A program made the translations under genes and the position numbers. Shown here piece by piece: positions 37,401-50,730 of a stretch of 64,000 nt of DNA (positions within the stretch are counted from its first letter, which is position 1; each line of letters starts with the position of its first letter). Below the pieces are notes generated by a model that was given only the letters and a program-made list of their open reading frames with translations, had not been told where the DNA came from and ran no database searches. This DNA is from Lama glama (lineage: Eukaryota), in the NCBI GenBank assembly GCA_028534125.1, contig CM052818.1:11472001-11536000 (forward strand), in the 5' to 3' direction.

Positions 37401-40400
37401 ATATTTTGCCATTCCCCATGAGGTATACAAATCCAAATCAGATAAGTCTCAAGCAATGCCAAAGACATGCTGCTCTGCTCTCCAGTGGCACCCGGCTGAA
37501 TCTTTTATTTATCTTCAGAGCAATTGTACATTCTAGTAGACTAAAGACTGAAATAAACTGAACATCACTCATCAGAAAGTTTCATAAAACGGGCCCTCTC
37601 CTTCCTTGTTTGCTAAACCACGATTAGTGAGAAAAATGCGCCGCAAAGTACGTATCATGGTAAGGAAATATAATAGTAGGCATGGGACCTCTGTAAGCAA
37701 GGGCTAGTTAAATAGAACCACATCTTGCCGGAGTTTAAAATGATGCTCACGTGAAATCAGACCTAGAGGAGATAAAATTGCTCTAGGAAAGGAGACCACC
37801 GCGAGCTTTGCCAGTCCTCCCTTTTTTGGAGTGGCTCAAATCCAAAGGTGCAGGGGAAAGCGAAAACAAAACAGCACACATAATTTCACACGATGATTAA
37901 ACTGCAAAGATCCTTGTTATAGCAAATCACTGTGTCACTCTCCCTAACTGCAGCAGAAGGAAACTGCACGTAAAATCATTTCTGCCCCTCGGAACACTGC
38001 TAATTAAAAAGTACAACCGTGAGTGTTCTGATTGGGGATGAGGCTGCCCGTTATTTCCAGCCCAAGTGAACATTGATAAAAGAAATTTATTTATTTATAC
38101 ATAATTATTATTGTTACCCTACTGAACAGTGCTGGGGATTTAGAGAAATGAGACGCCACGGTTCTAATTTTTCTTCAAGAAGTCTGCCATATTAACTCCA
38201 TTGAATAATTACTGAAAAGTAATACACTCGTGTAATATTACCTTATGCAAAATTGCATTAATCAAAAAGTGAGCCTGCTGCAATCAAGTAATTTGGGGGT
38301 GGGGAAGGCATACATGCATAGCATATTTTCCTCAGGACTTATTTTCCTTACAGCAGGGTATTAACTAATAGTTTTGTAGCAACGATCCCATGAAAAAAGG
38401 GAAGTAAATCAGAAGGGTAGGGAGGGAAATACAGCCCTGGCTTTACATAGAAAGGGCCACATAAATGGCAAAGGAATGACCAGTTACTGTCCTGACAGCC
38501 TCCTCCATGGCTCCGACTCTGTGCACAATAAAATAAATCCTGCCCAACCTCTCCAAGGAGCCAGACCATTGTTCCCCACGCAAAGAAGTAAACGTAGATG
38601 CTTAATTACACCCAGGAAGCTTTATAGAACATGGGGCTCAGGATACAAAATGAACAGTTTCCTGTTGCAGTAGGCTTTCTTCGGAAATTAAGGAAAAGGG
38701 AAAAAAAAATGTGTACGTGGGGCAGATCATTCCAGGTGTGCATGAAACGCGGCAAATTAGTAAGGATTCTTGTGCATACATAATGTCTCATAAATACCAG
38801 AGTCCTAACAGCCCTAATGCAGTGCGATCATTTTTACAGCCTTTTGTCTTGTAAGTTTTGCTGAGAAGAGTAGAGGTGCCTCTCAGATTAGAATCTAGCC
38901 CCGTGCCATCACTGGGGACGAAACAGCGTTCATTAGAAACGTTTATTTCGCTTCTTTATTTTTAAAAGGCCCGGTAGCGGGGTGGCCAGCTGGGCTGCTG
39001 GTTATTCTGTTGTTGTTGTTTGGGTTGTGGTTTTTGTTGTCTTCTTCTTAGTGGCCATGGCTGGGAAGTGAGGTTTCTTCCACCAGCCTCTCCCAGGCTA
39101 GCTGTGAACAGTGCCCATTTTGAGATTAGGAGATTAGGTTATTCATCACTTGAGATGCTCCCCGCTGTGCTGCTACTATCAGAGCGCAGCCAAATCAAAA
39201 CATCTCTGGAAGGCATTTCAGAATAATTGAATGCATCATAATTTCCCTATTAATACATATCTCATATTACAGATTATGCATGAAATGTTCACATTATCTG
39301 TTACTTTTTGTTAACGTCTTGCTCCTTGCCAGTAAATTTAATACACAGACTGAATCAGCATGCTATGATGAAGGGATAGGTTACTGATAGCCATTTTTTT
39401 TTTCAGGATTCAGTAGAAAATTAAAGTAAATCGATCATTTTATAGCCCCACTGGAATGGCTACAAGGGCATGTTGCTAAGCAAATGGTAATTTAAATGTA
39501 CTGTGTAATTTTTCTACACAATTTACTGAAGGCAGATTTTATTTCTCAGTTAATATCAGATGCTCTTTATCTGTTAGTGCATGATGTATCCGTGATAGAC
39601 AAATTATTAATCTATGTTTTAATCAAATGCTGCAGCTTGACAACTGGTCACACAGGCACTATAGGAGTTAAATCCTGTACCTTGGAAGAATATGACTATT
39701 ATTAATACCTGGAAAAAGACAGATGATTAATTCAATACCTACTTGTAAAAAAGCATGCACTAAATTCTAACAAAAAGTAATCAAAGTAAACCCTAGTGAA
39801 ATTTAATAAAAATGTCCACACCTCATAACAAAAAGTCCTATTCAGTATTTTCAAATTGATTGTACATTTGCATTCCATGAAAGTTCTGGCCACAAAAGAT
39901 GCCTTTTTAAAAAAAAATTTAACATTTTGGCATTATTATAAATGCAATATGGAAGCAAATAACTAAGCACTGGAAATATAATAAGCATTTTAAAACAATT
40001 ACATGTTGCCCATGGTGAAAACTTGTATTCTTGGGCATTTGTAAATAGCAAAGAGTTCTTTTTCTTTTGAAAAAAGGTACTTACCCTGTATGTTCGGGTA
40101 GCTTCAATTTTATAATAAACCAAAAATTACATATTTTAAGACAGATAAAAATACATAAAAGAATCTGTGTTGCTGACACCCATCATTCTTACGAAATTAA
40201 GAAAAGAAAAAGAGGGAGGGCCCATTTACCCTTCAGGTTGCTAAAGTAAAGGCAAGATCTTCCTGCTGCTGGTGTACAAAATGCATTATTGTCATTAATG
40301 AAAAAGTTAATGGGCCATTTTCTTATATATCAATTTACATTTTACAATTTGAGTATACAAATGATATGTACAGCAGAGAGCTGATTATTTTTGCTCAAGG

Positions 40401-43041
40401 AAATAGTTTTAATGTGTTTTTATGGACATCAAATGTTGTGAATAATGATGCATCCACAGAATGCAAATAGGATGACAGCTCTTGGGCTGTGATCAACAGT
40501 CCTTGGATAAAAGGTCTGCTGGGACAATAACGCTCTGTGGAGGGGCCTGAACAGTAAAAAATGGGAAAGAAGGAAGACACTGGAATATTCGAAAGGTAGA
40601 TCCACAGATGGGATTTGGAGTATGGCACTCACATACAAACATCAGATAATATTCCCAGTATTAAGAGAAAATGTATTTAAAAGAGAAATGTGTCTGTGTC
40701 ATAGTGAACCACAGACAGAAAGTTATTGCTGATTCTGGCTGATAAAATCAATTTCCGAAATTAGATATGGCTTACCATATAAGAAATGAATTTTAATACC
40801 ACATTAATACTATAGTCTCAAATACCTTTGGTTTACTAGCTTCTATGTGTGGCAATCACTTTTCCTCACCCCTGTAAGGCAGTCACTGCTGCAGACAAAT
40901 AGAAATACCTCCAGGAATACTACACAACAGAGTACTTTCAAGGAGCTGTAAAGAATAATTTGACACAAACTGAGTCCCTTTTCCAAGAGGCATGGAATAA
41001 GGTCAGAGATACTGTGAGATCACAAGCCTAGTCCCTGAAGAGCGGCTGTTCCCTTTCTTGGTCATTGGAACTTGCGGCAGGTCCCATCCACACCTTATAG
41101 CCTACATTCCATCCCAGCACACCTGAACACAGAAGGATATCTGGGTATCTCGGTGAGCAGCCAAAGCCACACACGCCCACCCACCCACCATTCCAGAAAT
41201 GACCTCACCAACTTCTACTTGGGACTGGAGGGTTACACACATGCACACACACACACTCAGGCTATGGCAATAGAATGCAAGACATCTGCAGGGGAGTGAA
41301 AAGTTCAGTCAATTCTTCATTTCCCCTTTTCATCTGCATATTTGGGAAGGAGATTCAGTATTCTCCTAACAATAAGAATTCTCATTAGAAAAAAATCTGA
41401 ACAAGAAAAACCTAGAAGTGAGGTTGAGTTACCTACTGAAAAAAACAACAACTCTGGGTAATAAATGTCTAAGTAGTTAAATATGAGTTAATTTGAAGGA
41501 CATGCTTACAAGACCATGCAAAACAAAATGTTCCACAAACATTCTTAACCTGTTTCTTCTGATTTTGAAACAGAAAGGAGCCACAACCAGAAGCCAGCAT
41601 GACCTGAGACTAGCACCCATGATAAGCTGCATGAGGAAAAATTAAATTAAATGGGGAAAAAAAATCCTATATCAGTTACATTTCTTTTTAAACAAGGGGA
41701 TCTCCCAAACCAACAACAATGCAGCAACACTGGATATGTATATTATAGGCCTTCAGTATATAATAAGATACAGCTGAAATGTAAAGAAATACCCACCTAT
41801 ATGTGAATATAAATAAGAAACATAATGGAGATGGACAAATTGCTGTTCAGGATGAAATACAGTGATGGAAGTGGAAATGTATTGCTCTGGGAATCCAGGA
41901 TTATCAAATCTTTCTTTTTCTTTTTCTTTTTTTTTTTTTAACCAGGCAAGAATCAACAAATTGGTGAGGCTTTTGTTCCAAGATTACTTTTATATATTTC
42001 TTTCACTGCTTCCTACTTGGCCACTCAAAAGCTTACCTTTAAGCATTGCCTTTTAGCCAGCGATAAGGAAAGTTTCCTGGGCTGCGCTCAGAAACCCCGC
42101 CTGGAGAAGTGCACAGTGAATGCAACCACAACCACCACACAAACAATCCCACCTTGGACGTTTCCTTCCCCCAGACAAGCACAGTTGTAAGTTGCAGGAA
42201 ATGGGGGTACCCACATGCCTGTATTGAAAGCTAGATAACTGGAATTGTTTGAAATTTGAAACACCGAGGACAAAAATAATTAAATTTGGAAAGGCTCCTA
42301 GAAAATTATTTAAGCTCCCAACAGTAATTCAAAGAGAGCGTCCTTCCCACCCACCTCTATCCAAAACAAAGTTACTTCTTTAACTTCTTCCTCTGGTCTG
42401 GAAATCAACATGCCTACATTCTTTTATATTTGAATTTATTTTCTCTGCCAAAATCCAGCATCAGTGCCTTTAGGCGCACATAGGAAATGAAGTAGGTTGG
42501 ATCTGCTATCTTTAGCTATCCTATGCATGACTAAAAGCTGGAGAGTTAACTGACCTCATATGTATAAGAACTAATTGTAAAATAAAACTGTTTTCTCCTA
42601 AAAAACTAAACATGGTGTTTATACATATACACATACTTATGCATACAGATACATGTATTTGTTTTTTAATCCTGACATGTAAGCATAAAATTTTTAAAAA
42701 ATTATTTCATTCAGTTAATGAAATTTTATTATATAGCTTAAATATATTAATTTTAGCATAGTTGAGTATATTACTTTTAGTATAATTTATCAAGTGTATT
42801 TCCTCCACCTGATTAGCCAAGAAATCAAAAGTGCTAATGGACCCCCAATATTCTGTCAAAATTGGAAGGCTGGTAACTTAAATATAATTAAAATTTCAGC
42901 AAAAGTTGTGCTTCACCTTTCCAGTATCGATCTAAAAATCTCACTCTGACTTTCTCTGTAAAGAAATTGGAAGTGGTCATCTCCCATGGAATTGGGTATC
43001 ACTTGGAAAAAATCCAACAGTCAAAAAATTTTATCTCAGAA

Positions 43042-43197
43042 GGAAGGGTATAGCTCAAGTGGTAGAGTACGTGCTTAGCATGCACAAGGTCCTGGTCAAT
43101 CCCCAGTACCTCCTCTAAAAATCAATCAATTGATCAATCAATCAAATTACCCCCCCCCCAAAAAAGATAAAAAATGAAAACAGAAAAATAGTTTGAA
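43042..43197 (+). mobile_element. tRNA-Ala-derived SINE (camelid vic-1-like)
   Basis: ggaagggtatagctcaagtggtagagtacgtgcttagcatgcacaaggtcctggtcaatccccagtacctcc head with A/B boxes, (tcaa)n and A-rich tail; 19-bp TSD aaaaaatttta(t/a)ctcagaa at 43023-43041 and 43198-43216. Confidence 0.88.
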
Positions 43198-44814
43198 AAA
43201 AAATTTTAACTCAGAAAGCCAGAAAATGATGAGATAGTTGGTCCTAATAAACCAAAGCAGTCACTGTTTTACAAAAGTAAAAATTGGAATTCCCTCATTT
43301 CCCCATAAACAATAATATAAAATTAACTGGGTCAATGTTAAAACGTCACCTATTATCCTAACTCTACAGAATAACCTATATGATTTATTCCACATCTTTT
43401 AGTTCCTAAATACACATACATTTTACATATTGTAGACAGGATATGCATCAAACTTTTCCATTTAATGCTACAGATTAGGTATTCTTGCTTATCATGACTG
43501 AATGGTCTTTAAAGGGACTCTCTTTTTAATACACAAAAAATGTTTCAATTGGAAGCAGTATAGTCATTTTGTTTTTAAAGAGGAAGCTTTTTTTACCCTT
43601 TGACAGAAAATAAAGAAGTCAAGGTCAGGAGGATCTTTTTTGAAAGCTTAATCTCCCCTGCATTGATGTCAGTACCTGTGATCGACCTGGCTTCTTACTT
43701 AACAATGAACAGAGGATCCTAGCTTGGAAGGCAAAACTTCTGTTTCATTCATACCTTCAAACCGTAACCAACCAAGATCACCAAAAAGTATAGGGGTTGC
43801 AGTCACGCCCATCCGCACCTAAGGGACAGCGCTTCTCCCAACAAAAGGCTTCTGCCACAACAACAAAAAAGTCCTTTGCAAATTCCCAAGTCTCCTTGTG
43901 GAGCTGTTCTCCAGGACACTGAAGCAGTACAGCAGCCACGACTACTTATGGATACATTTTGTAGCCAAATGAAAAATACATGGAAAACATCTCACAAAAA
44001 TGGACCAAATCAATAAAGCAAATTAACGCTTCTCTTCAGCACTCAGCAGGTACAGCCTTATTTTCCCACCATTCTAAAGCAAATCAGCAATCTATCTTGA
44101 AAAATAAAAAGAATATTTCACCACAAATTGACTGCATTTAATAAAATACAAGCTCTCCTGCCCAGACAGAGAAAATTTGAAATCAATAGTCAAATTCCCC
44201 ATCTTCTTTTAAGTGAGAGAAACTAACATATAACTTTATTGTTGCCTCATGAATTATCCCATGGCTCTTCACATTGTGGCAAGAACCCTGCCAATTCTTC
44301 AATTTTCAGGTAAAGAAGAAAGACAAAGCATGGGAAATAAATCAACAAATGACTGTCTCTTTTGGCAAACAGGCAGATTAAAAAACAGAAATCATTTCCT
44401 TTTTCAGAATATCAAGACACCAATGCCGGAAATGTATTGTTAGACAGCATACGGTCATTTTTTTTTTAATTGAGAGCGTTTCCTCCCAAATGGATTTTTG
44501 TAGCACTTTCTCTTAAAAAAAAAAACATGCAGTGTTGAATTAGTTTAAAAAAAGAGACAGAGAGAGAGAGAGAAAAGAAGTTTAGCATGGTGCTTCAACC
44601 ACCATGGTGGAGTACATTCAGACTGGCACCAAGATGGACACTTGGGCAAACAGAAACTGCAGGCAACGTTTTATGACTCCAACCACCATGGTAATGCCTC
44701 TGCTAAGTAAGCTTGGGAAGAAGACTGCTCCTGGAGGCCGGAGTTTCCTGGCCTCTGTCTGTTGATGGGAATCTGCACGTGTAGAAAGGTCCCAGGGCAA
44801 AATCTGTGGCACTC

Positions 44815-44847
44815 CGGTGCCCCCTTGTGTCCAATTTGGCACCAGCA
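44815..44847 (-). promoter_or_regulatory. Candidate CTCF site
   Basis: Minus strand TGGACACAAGGGGGCACCG matches the CTCF core, with an upstream TGCTGGTGCC resembling the ZF9-11 motif. Confidence 0.5.
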
Positions 44848-46964
44848 TGAACTACACCGGGCCTGCGTAGGGAGTAGAGCAGGACTTTCTTAAATCCTAC
44901 AGAAGTGCAGAGTAGGGTGGGGAGGAATTGAAATGCTCCACCTCTGTGTCTGTGAAAAAGTCAGCTGCTGGTACAAGGAGAGATTTGCATGCCGCTGCTT
45001 CTTCACAACATTTCAGGTGCCCTCCACCTGAACCCCTTGGCTGAATTTCATTTGGAGACAAACCAGAAATAACAGAACTGCATCCCTGGCTCCTGGACCA
45101 CCCCCCCCCAAACAAGGAAAATCATTTTAGATCAAAAAGGTTATGTTCTTATTACTAAGATACAGAAAAACTGAAGATAGTATTAAAGTATTTTTGATAG
45201 AGACTTGTTTGGGGCCCCGAATCTCACCCAAATTTTGAGTCTTGCCAGATTATTTTATACATTTTTCATGACAGTTACCATTTCATTACTATTTCATTCC
45301 CTCATCATTATTCTTTTTTCTCCATGCAGAATGACTCCGTAGAAAATTGGGTCACCATTGGATGCAAGAATGTGACTACATTTATCAGCTCCATTCTCAC
45401 TCACCTACACATACCTCAAAGCATTAAAAACCAATTCCACATGTAATAAAGCTTGGAAATTTTTCAAATTCAATGTTGGGTTGAGGGTGAAGGACAATTT
45501 CCCCCATAAATACAAATTTGCTTCTGATGTTTATCTCTGTAGATGGTTTGCCTGCAGATCCAGAATTGGATTGCAGTTCTGTCTGCAAGAATTACCTGGG
45601 ACCCATCCACTCCTTCTCAACACATTTATTCACACAGCTCCAAAGACATTCCAAAGTGGAGGTTATATGCCTTCTTTGATGGAAACGACTGTTGGAGGTT
45701 TCAACCTTCATATTGTATCAAAGGATGGGAGGATGAGGGAACCAGTGATAAATAAGAGAAACAAAAGGCAGGGGAAGGAAAGCAGCGAAAAGGGAAGCAC
45801 ATGGATGAAAAAGGGGAGGAAGAGAAACTGAAGCAGGCCACAATCTCCGTGAGAATGCCTCTCTGTCTCAAGTGGAAAGAGAGTACAATTGTTAACTCCC
45901 TTCCGCTCTTTTTCTGGAAATCATTAGAAATGCATGTGGTAATTACAAGACTGCACACATAGCTGTCTTTATGCTTTTGGTAGCACAGTGGTTCTTATGA
46001 ACGACAGACGTTCATCTTCAAAGGCAGGTAAACCCCAGGCTGTCCCACCACCGCTGCTACTCAGTGAATCCCTCCCTCGGATTCCCCTCTCCATCTCCTA
46101 CAGGGTGAAGAAGGAAACCCTTTGGTGAGTCTTCAGGATAGTAAAACACTGCTGAATAATATTTCCACTGGACATTTTCATCCAAAAAGAAAAGGCTGCA
46201 GACTGAGGACAGAGCAACGGTTTTACATCTCCAGTTTCAATCAGAGCCTCCTTCACGTCTTGCAACAAACGGACTGTATGATTTCCATCTTAATCTGCTG
46301 TCAATAGTGCATTTACTTGGCATGCTTTTCCTCTGAACAGAATGGTTTATACTTCTGTGTCCCATGCCCTCTGCAATGAGTGACATTTATTTTAAAAGAC
46401 TGACTCTAGGGAGGGTTGCCAGTCTCTGGGGGAATAGTAACTGCCACAAACAGGGATCTATCTCTCTAATCTATCACCTTGACCTCTATTCTGCTACTTT
46501 TCAACCCAAGATTTGCCACCTTGCCTTGACACAGTGCTGTACCTAGAGTACTTGCAAGGTGAGGTCAAAGGTAACGTGTTCCACTATTAGTAAAGAACAA
46601 AAGTGTGTGAGTGATTTTCCTTGCTACATACATAAACAAGTGAAGCAGAAATACTGTATATTTTATTCCATGTTTTTGTTTTGGGAGATGAGAGAGTGAG
46701 GGGTGTGGTTACAGTTGGTGTCCTTGCTCACCTAGAGCCTAGGACTCAATGCCTGACCCCTTGACCAGGAAATATGCTCAGGGATAACCACCAGGTAGAC
46801 TATTTCTCCGAAGAGTTAAACCATCATTTCCTAAAAAAGGGACCTTCAGCATGGAGTTTGCCTAGGAGAGGGGGAGCCATCCTCAGTGACTTACAGCCCA
46901 GATGGAGCAGAAAAGAACGACTCCACATGCCCGAGTTTATAGATTCAAAGCTGGAGAACCTGAC

Positions 46965-47285
46965 AATATCACTCACCTTTTGCCTGGAAATATCTTCCCT
47001 CAGATCATCTCATAACCAGTCCCCTTACTTCATCAGGTCTCTGCTCAAAAGCTGCCTCTGTAGAGAGGTCTTCCCTGATAGCCCTAGCTAAAAGAACAAT
47101 CCCCATACTCTGCTTTGTTCCTCTCCGTAGCGTTTATTAGCACTCGGCATTACACTATACTTGCTTCCTGGTGATCTCCTCCAGTGAAATGTGAACACCA
47201 TGGTAGTCGTATCCACTGATCTATCTCCGGTGCACAGAAGAGTGTCTTCACAATAAGTGCTGGGTAAATATTTGTGGAATGGCCA
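46965..47285 (+). mobile_element. LINE-2 (L2a-like) 3' end
   Basis: tgcctggaaatatcttccc...caggtctctgctcaaa...agagaggtcttccctga...taaatatttgtggaatg. Confidence 0.85.
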
Positions 47286-47489
47286 ACTGCTTGAACTTTG
47301 GGTACTTCCACATAGGTATACTTCACATGTAAACATGCCATTAAAAAAATGATGGAGAATGTCTGCTCCAATCAGCATCTTATGCTTCTCCAATTTGGGA
47401 GCCACATACCTGAGAGTATTCATAACAGGAAGTGCTCAAAGCCCCAGGGTTAACACATCACAGAATACCGATTTATGTATGTGACACTT

Positions 47490-47650
47490 TATCGTCCATC
47501 TTAGTCACCTAGAGAGCATGTTCAAAATTAGATAGCCAGAACACAGGTAGAGTTTCTGATTCAGGAAGCAAATGCCTGGAAATCTGAATTTCTAATAAGC
47601 TCCCAGATGATGTTGATACTACTGGCTTGGGGACCACACTTAAACATCAC
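47490..47650. mobile_element. MER5A element
   Basis: agagtttctgattcag...atctgaatttctaataagctcccagatgatgttgatactactggcttggggaccacact. Confidence 0.8.
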
Positions 47651-50469
47651 TTCTTCTCTAAAATCCAATAGCCATGGGTGCAGGGAATGGCTGTTAATTG
47701 CTTTAAGAAATTAAAGCACAGACACATGGAGTAGTACAATATAAATTTTCCTTGTATTTTTTAAAATAAAAAGGGGACTGGTAAGAAACGGCTTGCTTGC
47801 TGTGAGTTGACTCCTCATGGACTAAGCGTTTAACTCCCCTACTTCATTAAGGATACTTGAGTGCAAATGGTGGAAGAGAACTGATATAAGCCATGGAGAA
47901 GTCAAGACTGAAGTTTCATGAGCACTGCAAGTTCTCAAATGTAGTGAATCTCTCTCAAGAGTTGACTCAGAAGGAAATATCCGTGCCTAGTCTGCGGGTG
48001 GAGGGTGGGGAGGCTCTCCATTAGGCGAGCGTCAGTTCTGAAGTGGTGACAGGAAGCACAGTGTAGCCTGGCAGTTAGTGGCGGGCAGCCAGGGGGCTCT
48101 GGGTTACCAGAGCTCACCACACAGCGTGTGGCCATAATGTCATGCTATCCGTTATCTGGGTCAGCCATCTGTGGGGCCTGTTGCTTTGAAATGGTCCTCT
48201 CTTGAGCCTTTGGTTTCCACCTTTCTCTTACAGCAGGGGAAGAAAGGAACTGAATGTCATTTCATGTTTATAAGAAGGCAGATCCTACGTTGTCCACATG
48301 TCCATGGCTCACATCTCATTGCAAGGCTACTGTGATGGAGCCTTAGCAAGACTGAGTGGTACAGGGCAAACTACCACTAATGTCCAAGGCAAAGAGTCTT
48401 CTGGTTTTCAGACTGTCAAGGAAACGAAACCCAGCCTTTCCGCATCAGCTACTCCCACTAGGTTTCCTAAACGGACAGAGTGCATAATGAGCACAGAAAC
48501 TGGATAAAGGCAGTAGGTGAGCCAAGGAAAGAAAATGTCCGTGTTTCTGGTAGGTGTTGGCTCTTTATCAACCGATAGGGCTCATTTACTGTGTACACAT
48601 AAAATAAAATCTTGGCTCTGTGTATGAAAATATAAATCTTTCAAAGGCCAAAGATCCTTTTCTTCACCATTAATGTCTTCTGAAGAGCCAATCCAGAAAA
48701 TAGTGCCTGGAATCAGTTTGGTACTGACAACAATGGGACTCTTCCCTAAAGAGTCTCTTTCGGTTGGTTTGTCACAGCTGCAGTAATCTACTCCCTACCT
48801 CCGTTACCCTAGCACTCTTTCCATACCCCTCCCCCCAGAATTAAAGCAAGGCATATCTTTCAAGAAGAGAGAGACCCACCTGTCCGCCCCTTCTATCCTA
48901 AAAGTGCTACTTAGATTTATTTGAGGTTTGATTAGATTTGAAGCTGTCCTCATTCATGTGCTATTTTCTACCCCAAATCCTTCTAGCAGGAAACCGTCCT
49001 TCCATTCTGAAACTTTATTTATTTCTGCTATTCCAGATGTATGTGCCAATCAGTTTAGCTCCTGCCAACTCTTGTTTATTAATAATGCTAACGAAAGAAT
49101 TGAAATTCTACCAGATTTCAATCTCTTTTTTTTTTCATGCCTCAATAATGAGTCCCAAAAAGAGATGAATTCTGATATTGTCTCAGCAACTCAAAGGACT
49201 AGGTACGATCAGAAGTCTGCCTGGCTTTTGCCCACCTTGCATGAACTCAGGAGGGCTATTCGTACTGCTAACTGCCACTACATATGTGCGGATAATTTGC
49301 ATTTTCATTGTTCTTTATTTTATGTTATTAGTTATTCATGAGATGACTATCGCATTCGACAACTAATCTATAAAGCTTTTGCTTTAAATAACAATGTGCC
49401 GGTTTTGTAGTAGGAGGTGGAATGGAGGATGGATGTCCCATTTAGAAATCATGTACAAAGAATTGAAAAATGAATGACACATAGGCTCTTCCTTGCCATA
49501 TGCAAAATCGGGATCTCAAAGAGAGTGGCTTTAGAGTTGGAAGAAACAGACTGCACTACAGAGGTCTGTACATATAAGGGCCATATTAGCCAGCTGGACC
49601 TACTGAGAAAGGTCCCTTACCAGCCAGCCATAGGGAAGAGAAGGTCAGGTTTCACCATTCTACGTAATGAACCTGTAAATGACTAATTATTTCTCTCACC
49701 AAACAGCACAATCTGCATGTGAGGCGAAAACCAACACAGAAAGCATCTGAACTCGTTTTTTTTTCCCCCTCCAGTTGGATATAGTCCAAGTTTCATACAC
49801 ATCACTTTCTACTTTTTCCCATAAAGGCTCGTGACTATATTAACACAAATTGAAAAGAAAACATGCAAAGATTCCATGCTTTTTCTTGGTTTCAGGAAAG
49901 AGTACATTAATTCAGTAAAAACCATTCAAATTTCAATGTGAGGTCCCAGCTGTGTAGGGGGACTCTGTGAGTGCGTGCTATGCTGAGGATGTACATTTAG
50001 TTGTGCATCCTTACCCATCTCGGTATGAATGTTGATATAGATAACCCCTAGACAAGTGAGTTTTAAAAACAGATCAATGATTTCATTTACCTGGAGGAGA
50101 GCACAGGGCCCTCCCTATACTCAGAGGATTTCACTGGAATCCCACTGTGGTTATCTAGGTAGGAGCTGCTTCACCTTGGAGGCACTGAATTGCTAGGCCT
50201 TGACTTGCTTAGGAAGGAGGTAACTACCTCTCCCAGGGACTAAAAAAATCCATAAGGAGAAATCCGTATTTTTTTCAATAATACAACTATGAAACTCAGA
50301 AATTCCAATATAAAAATACAGTCAGTGGCAGCAATAAGACCTAATACAATGGATAAAATAGAGAAAAACAGCAATCTAAGATTGAAGATTTCTGAAGAAG
50401 GGAAATACATTTTTCTCACCCTTTCATCTCCCCTGGTATCTGATATTTGGTAAATGTCCAAGAATAATG

Positions 50470-50730
50470 AGAACAGCAGTGACAGCTAACGTTTACAGAC
50501 TTCCTACGTGCCAGACACAGTTCTAAGTACTTCACCGGCTGTCATTCCTGCTGTCCTCAAAACAATCCTATCATGAGCTACTATCATCATCCCCATTCTA
50601 CAGAGGAGGAAACTGAGGTGTGGAGAGTTTATGAAACTTGACCAAGGTCACACAGCCAACCAAAGGAGAAAGGGGTGCACATTCAGGGGGCCCGGCTCCA
50701 GAGTCAACCTCGGAACTTCTATGCTCAGAA
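50470..50730 (-). mobile_element. MIR SINE
   Basis: atccccattctacagaggaggaaactgagg...ttgaccaaggtcacacagc. Confidence 0.88.

Noticed and set aside
43042..43113. tRNA-Ala gene
   Set aside because: Degenerate stems and B box, an A-rich tail and TSDs indicate a SINE.
43619..43627. ERR/SF-1 site TCAAGGTCA (also TGACCTTGA at ~52850)
   Set aside because: A 9-mer is expected by chance in 64 kb, and the second copy is part of a MIR.
44604..44765. 53-aa ORF with a strong Kozak context (ccaccATGG)
   Set aside because: No promoter, homology or coding features; an ORF this long is expected by chance.
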